A stretch of DNA of 63,827 nt, counting the filler, from Neolecta irregularis DAH-3 (Eukaryota), in assembly GCA_001929475.1 (NCBI GenBank). It is 4 parts of 4 records of this genome, joined end to end, with 100 filler letters (N's around TTAATTAATTAA, not from the genome) between each part and the next. Parts side by side here need not be neighbours in the genome. Positions count along the whole stretch, not along the records: positions 60,745 to 63,827 come from LXFE01000763.1; 3 more parts are not named here. One strand, given 5' to 3'. The position numbers and the translations under genes were made by a program. Shown in pieces: positions 63,415 to 63,827 of the stretch. Numbering within the stretch: position 1 is the first letter of the stretch; each line of letters opens with the position of its first letter. The notes beneath the pieces were generated by a model. That model was not told where the DNA came from, did no database searches, and was given only the letters and a program-made list of their open reading frames with translations.

Positions 63415-63827
63415 ATGACTGTCGCGTTGTTCATTTGTGTCATAATTTCGATAGCTGGAGCCCACTTTCTACAAGACATCTTTGTTCATGAAAAACTTCC
63501 TACTTTAATTTCCTCCAGTAACTCCGCGGTTCTTGGGGACGGATTCTTCGACATTGTGCATGGATCAGAGGCTCATGATCGCTGTGCTCGTAAGTGCTTG
63601 AAAACTAGTACCATTTCCATTTCGAGACACTTCATTGATACCACCCAGAATCTTGCAAAGCATTCCAAATATCACAAACGTGGAATCAGCCAACTACATG
63701 GTTCCAAAATTTTGATTGTCTGTTATTATCAAACGTTCCTGATCGTCATTTGAGCCGTGAGGGTTATCTATGGGCCCAAAAACTACAATATGTCATGCAA
63801 TATAAGCTTTCCAAGGATATTATTGCT
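63415..63827 (+). CDS. Secreted protein with PAN/apple-like cysteine motif, copy B (runs off window)
   Basis: MTVALFICVIISIAGA signal; intron 63608-63648; CARKCLKTKSCKAFQISQTWNQPTTWFQNFDCLLL; near-identical inverted copy of 60745-61258. Confidence 0.65.

Overview
Compact, intron-rich fungal nuclear DNA. Very short 34-60 nt introns, degenerate splice donors and the gene content suggest an early-diverging ascomycete (Taphrinomycotina, possibly Neolecta-like); this is inference and was not verified. The window is four contigs joined by artificial N-TTAATTAATTAA-N linkers. Most of it is ordinary housekeeping genes: DHHC palmitoyltransferase, PSA1, SQT1, EMC1, a TBC Rab-GAP, a RasGEF, CDS1, AVL9, NAM9, STU1/CLASP, a pfkB kinase, CAP/SRV2, an Och1-like GT32, an OPT transporter and an EST1/SMG6-PIN protein. 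The main discovery is a ~16.4 kb cluster (3823-20185) of nine highly diverged paralogous PPR-like helical-repeat genes. By hand-splicing, each has a basic, acid-poor mitochondrial-presequence-like exon joined by a position-conserved phase-0 mini-intron to a shared repeat body. A decayed Ty3/gypsy element sits inside the cluster. The right end is TE-rich (Fot1/pogo relic with CpG-type decay, solo LTR with TSD, CAGTGTTG-ended element termini) and holds an inverted pair of secreted PAN/apple-like genes. Several G-rich to C-rich strand-skew switches are also visible.
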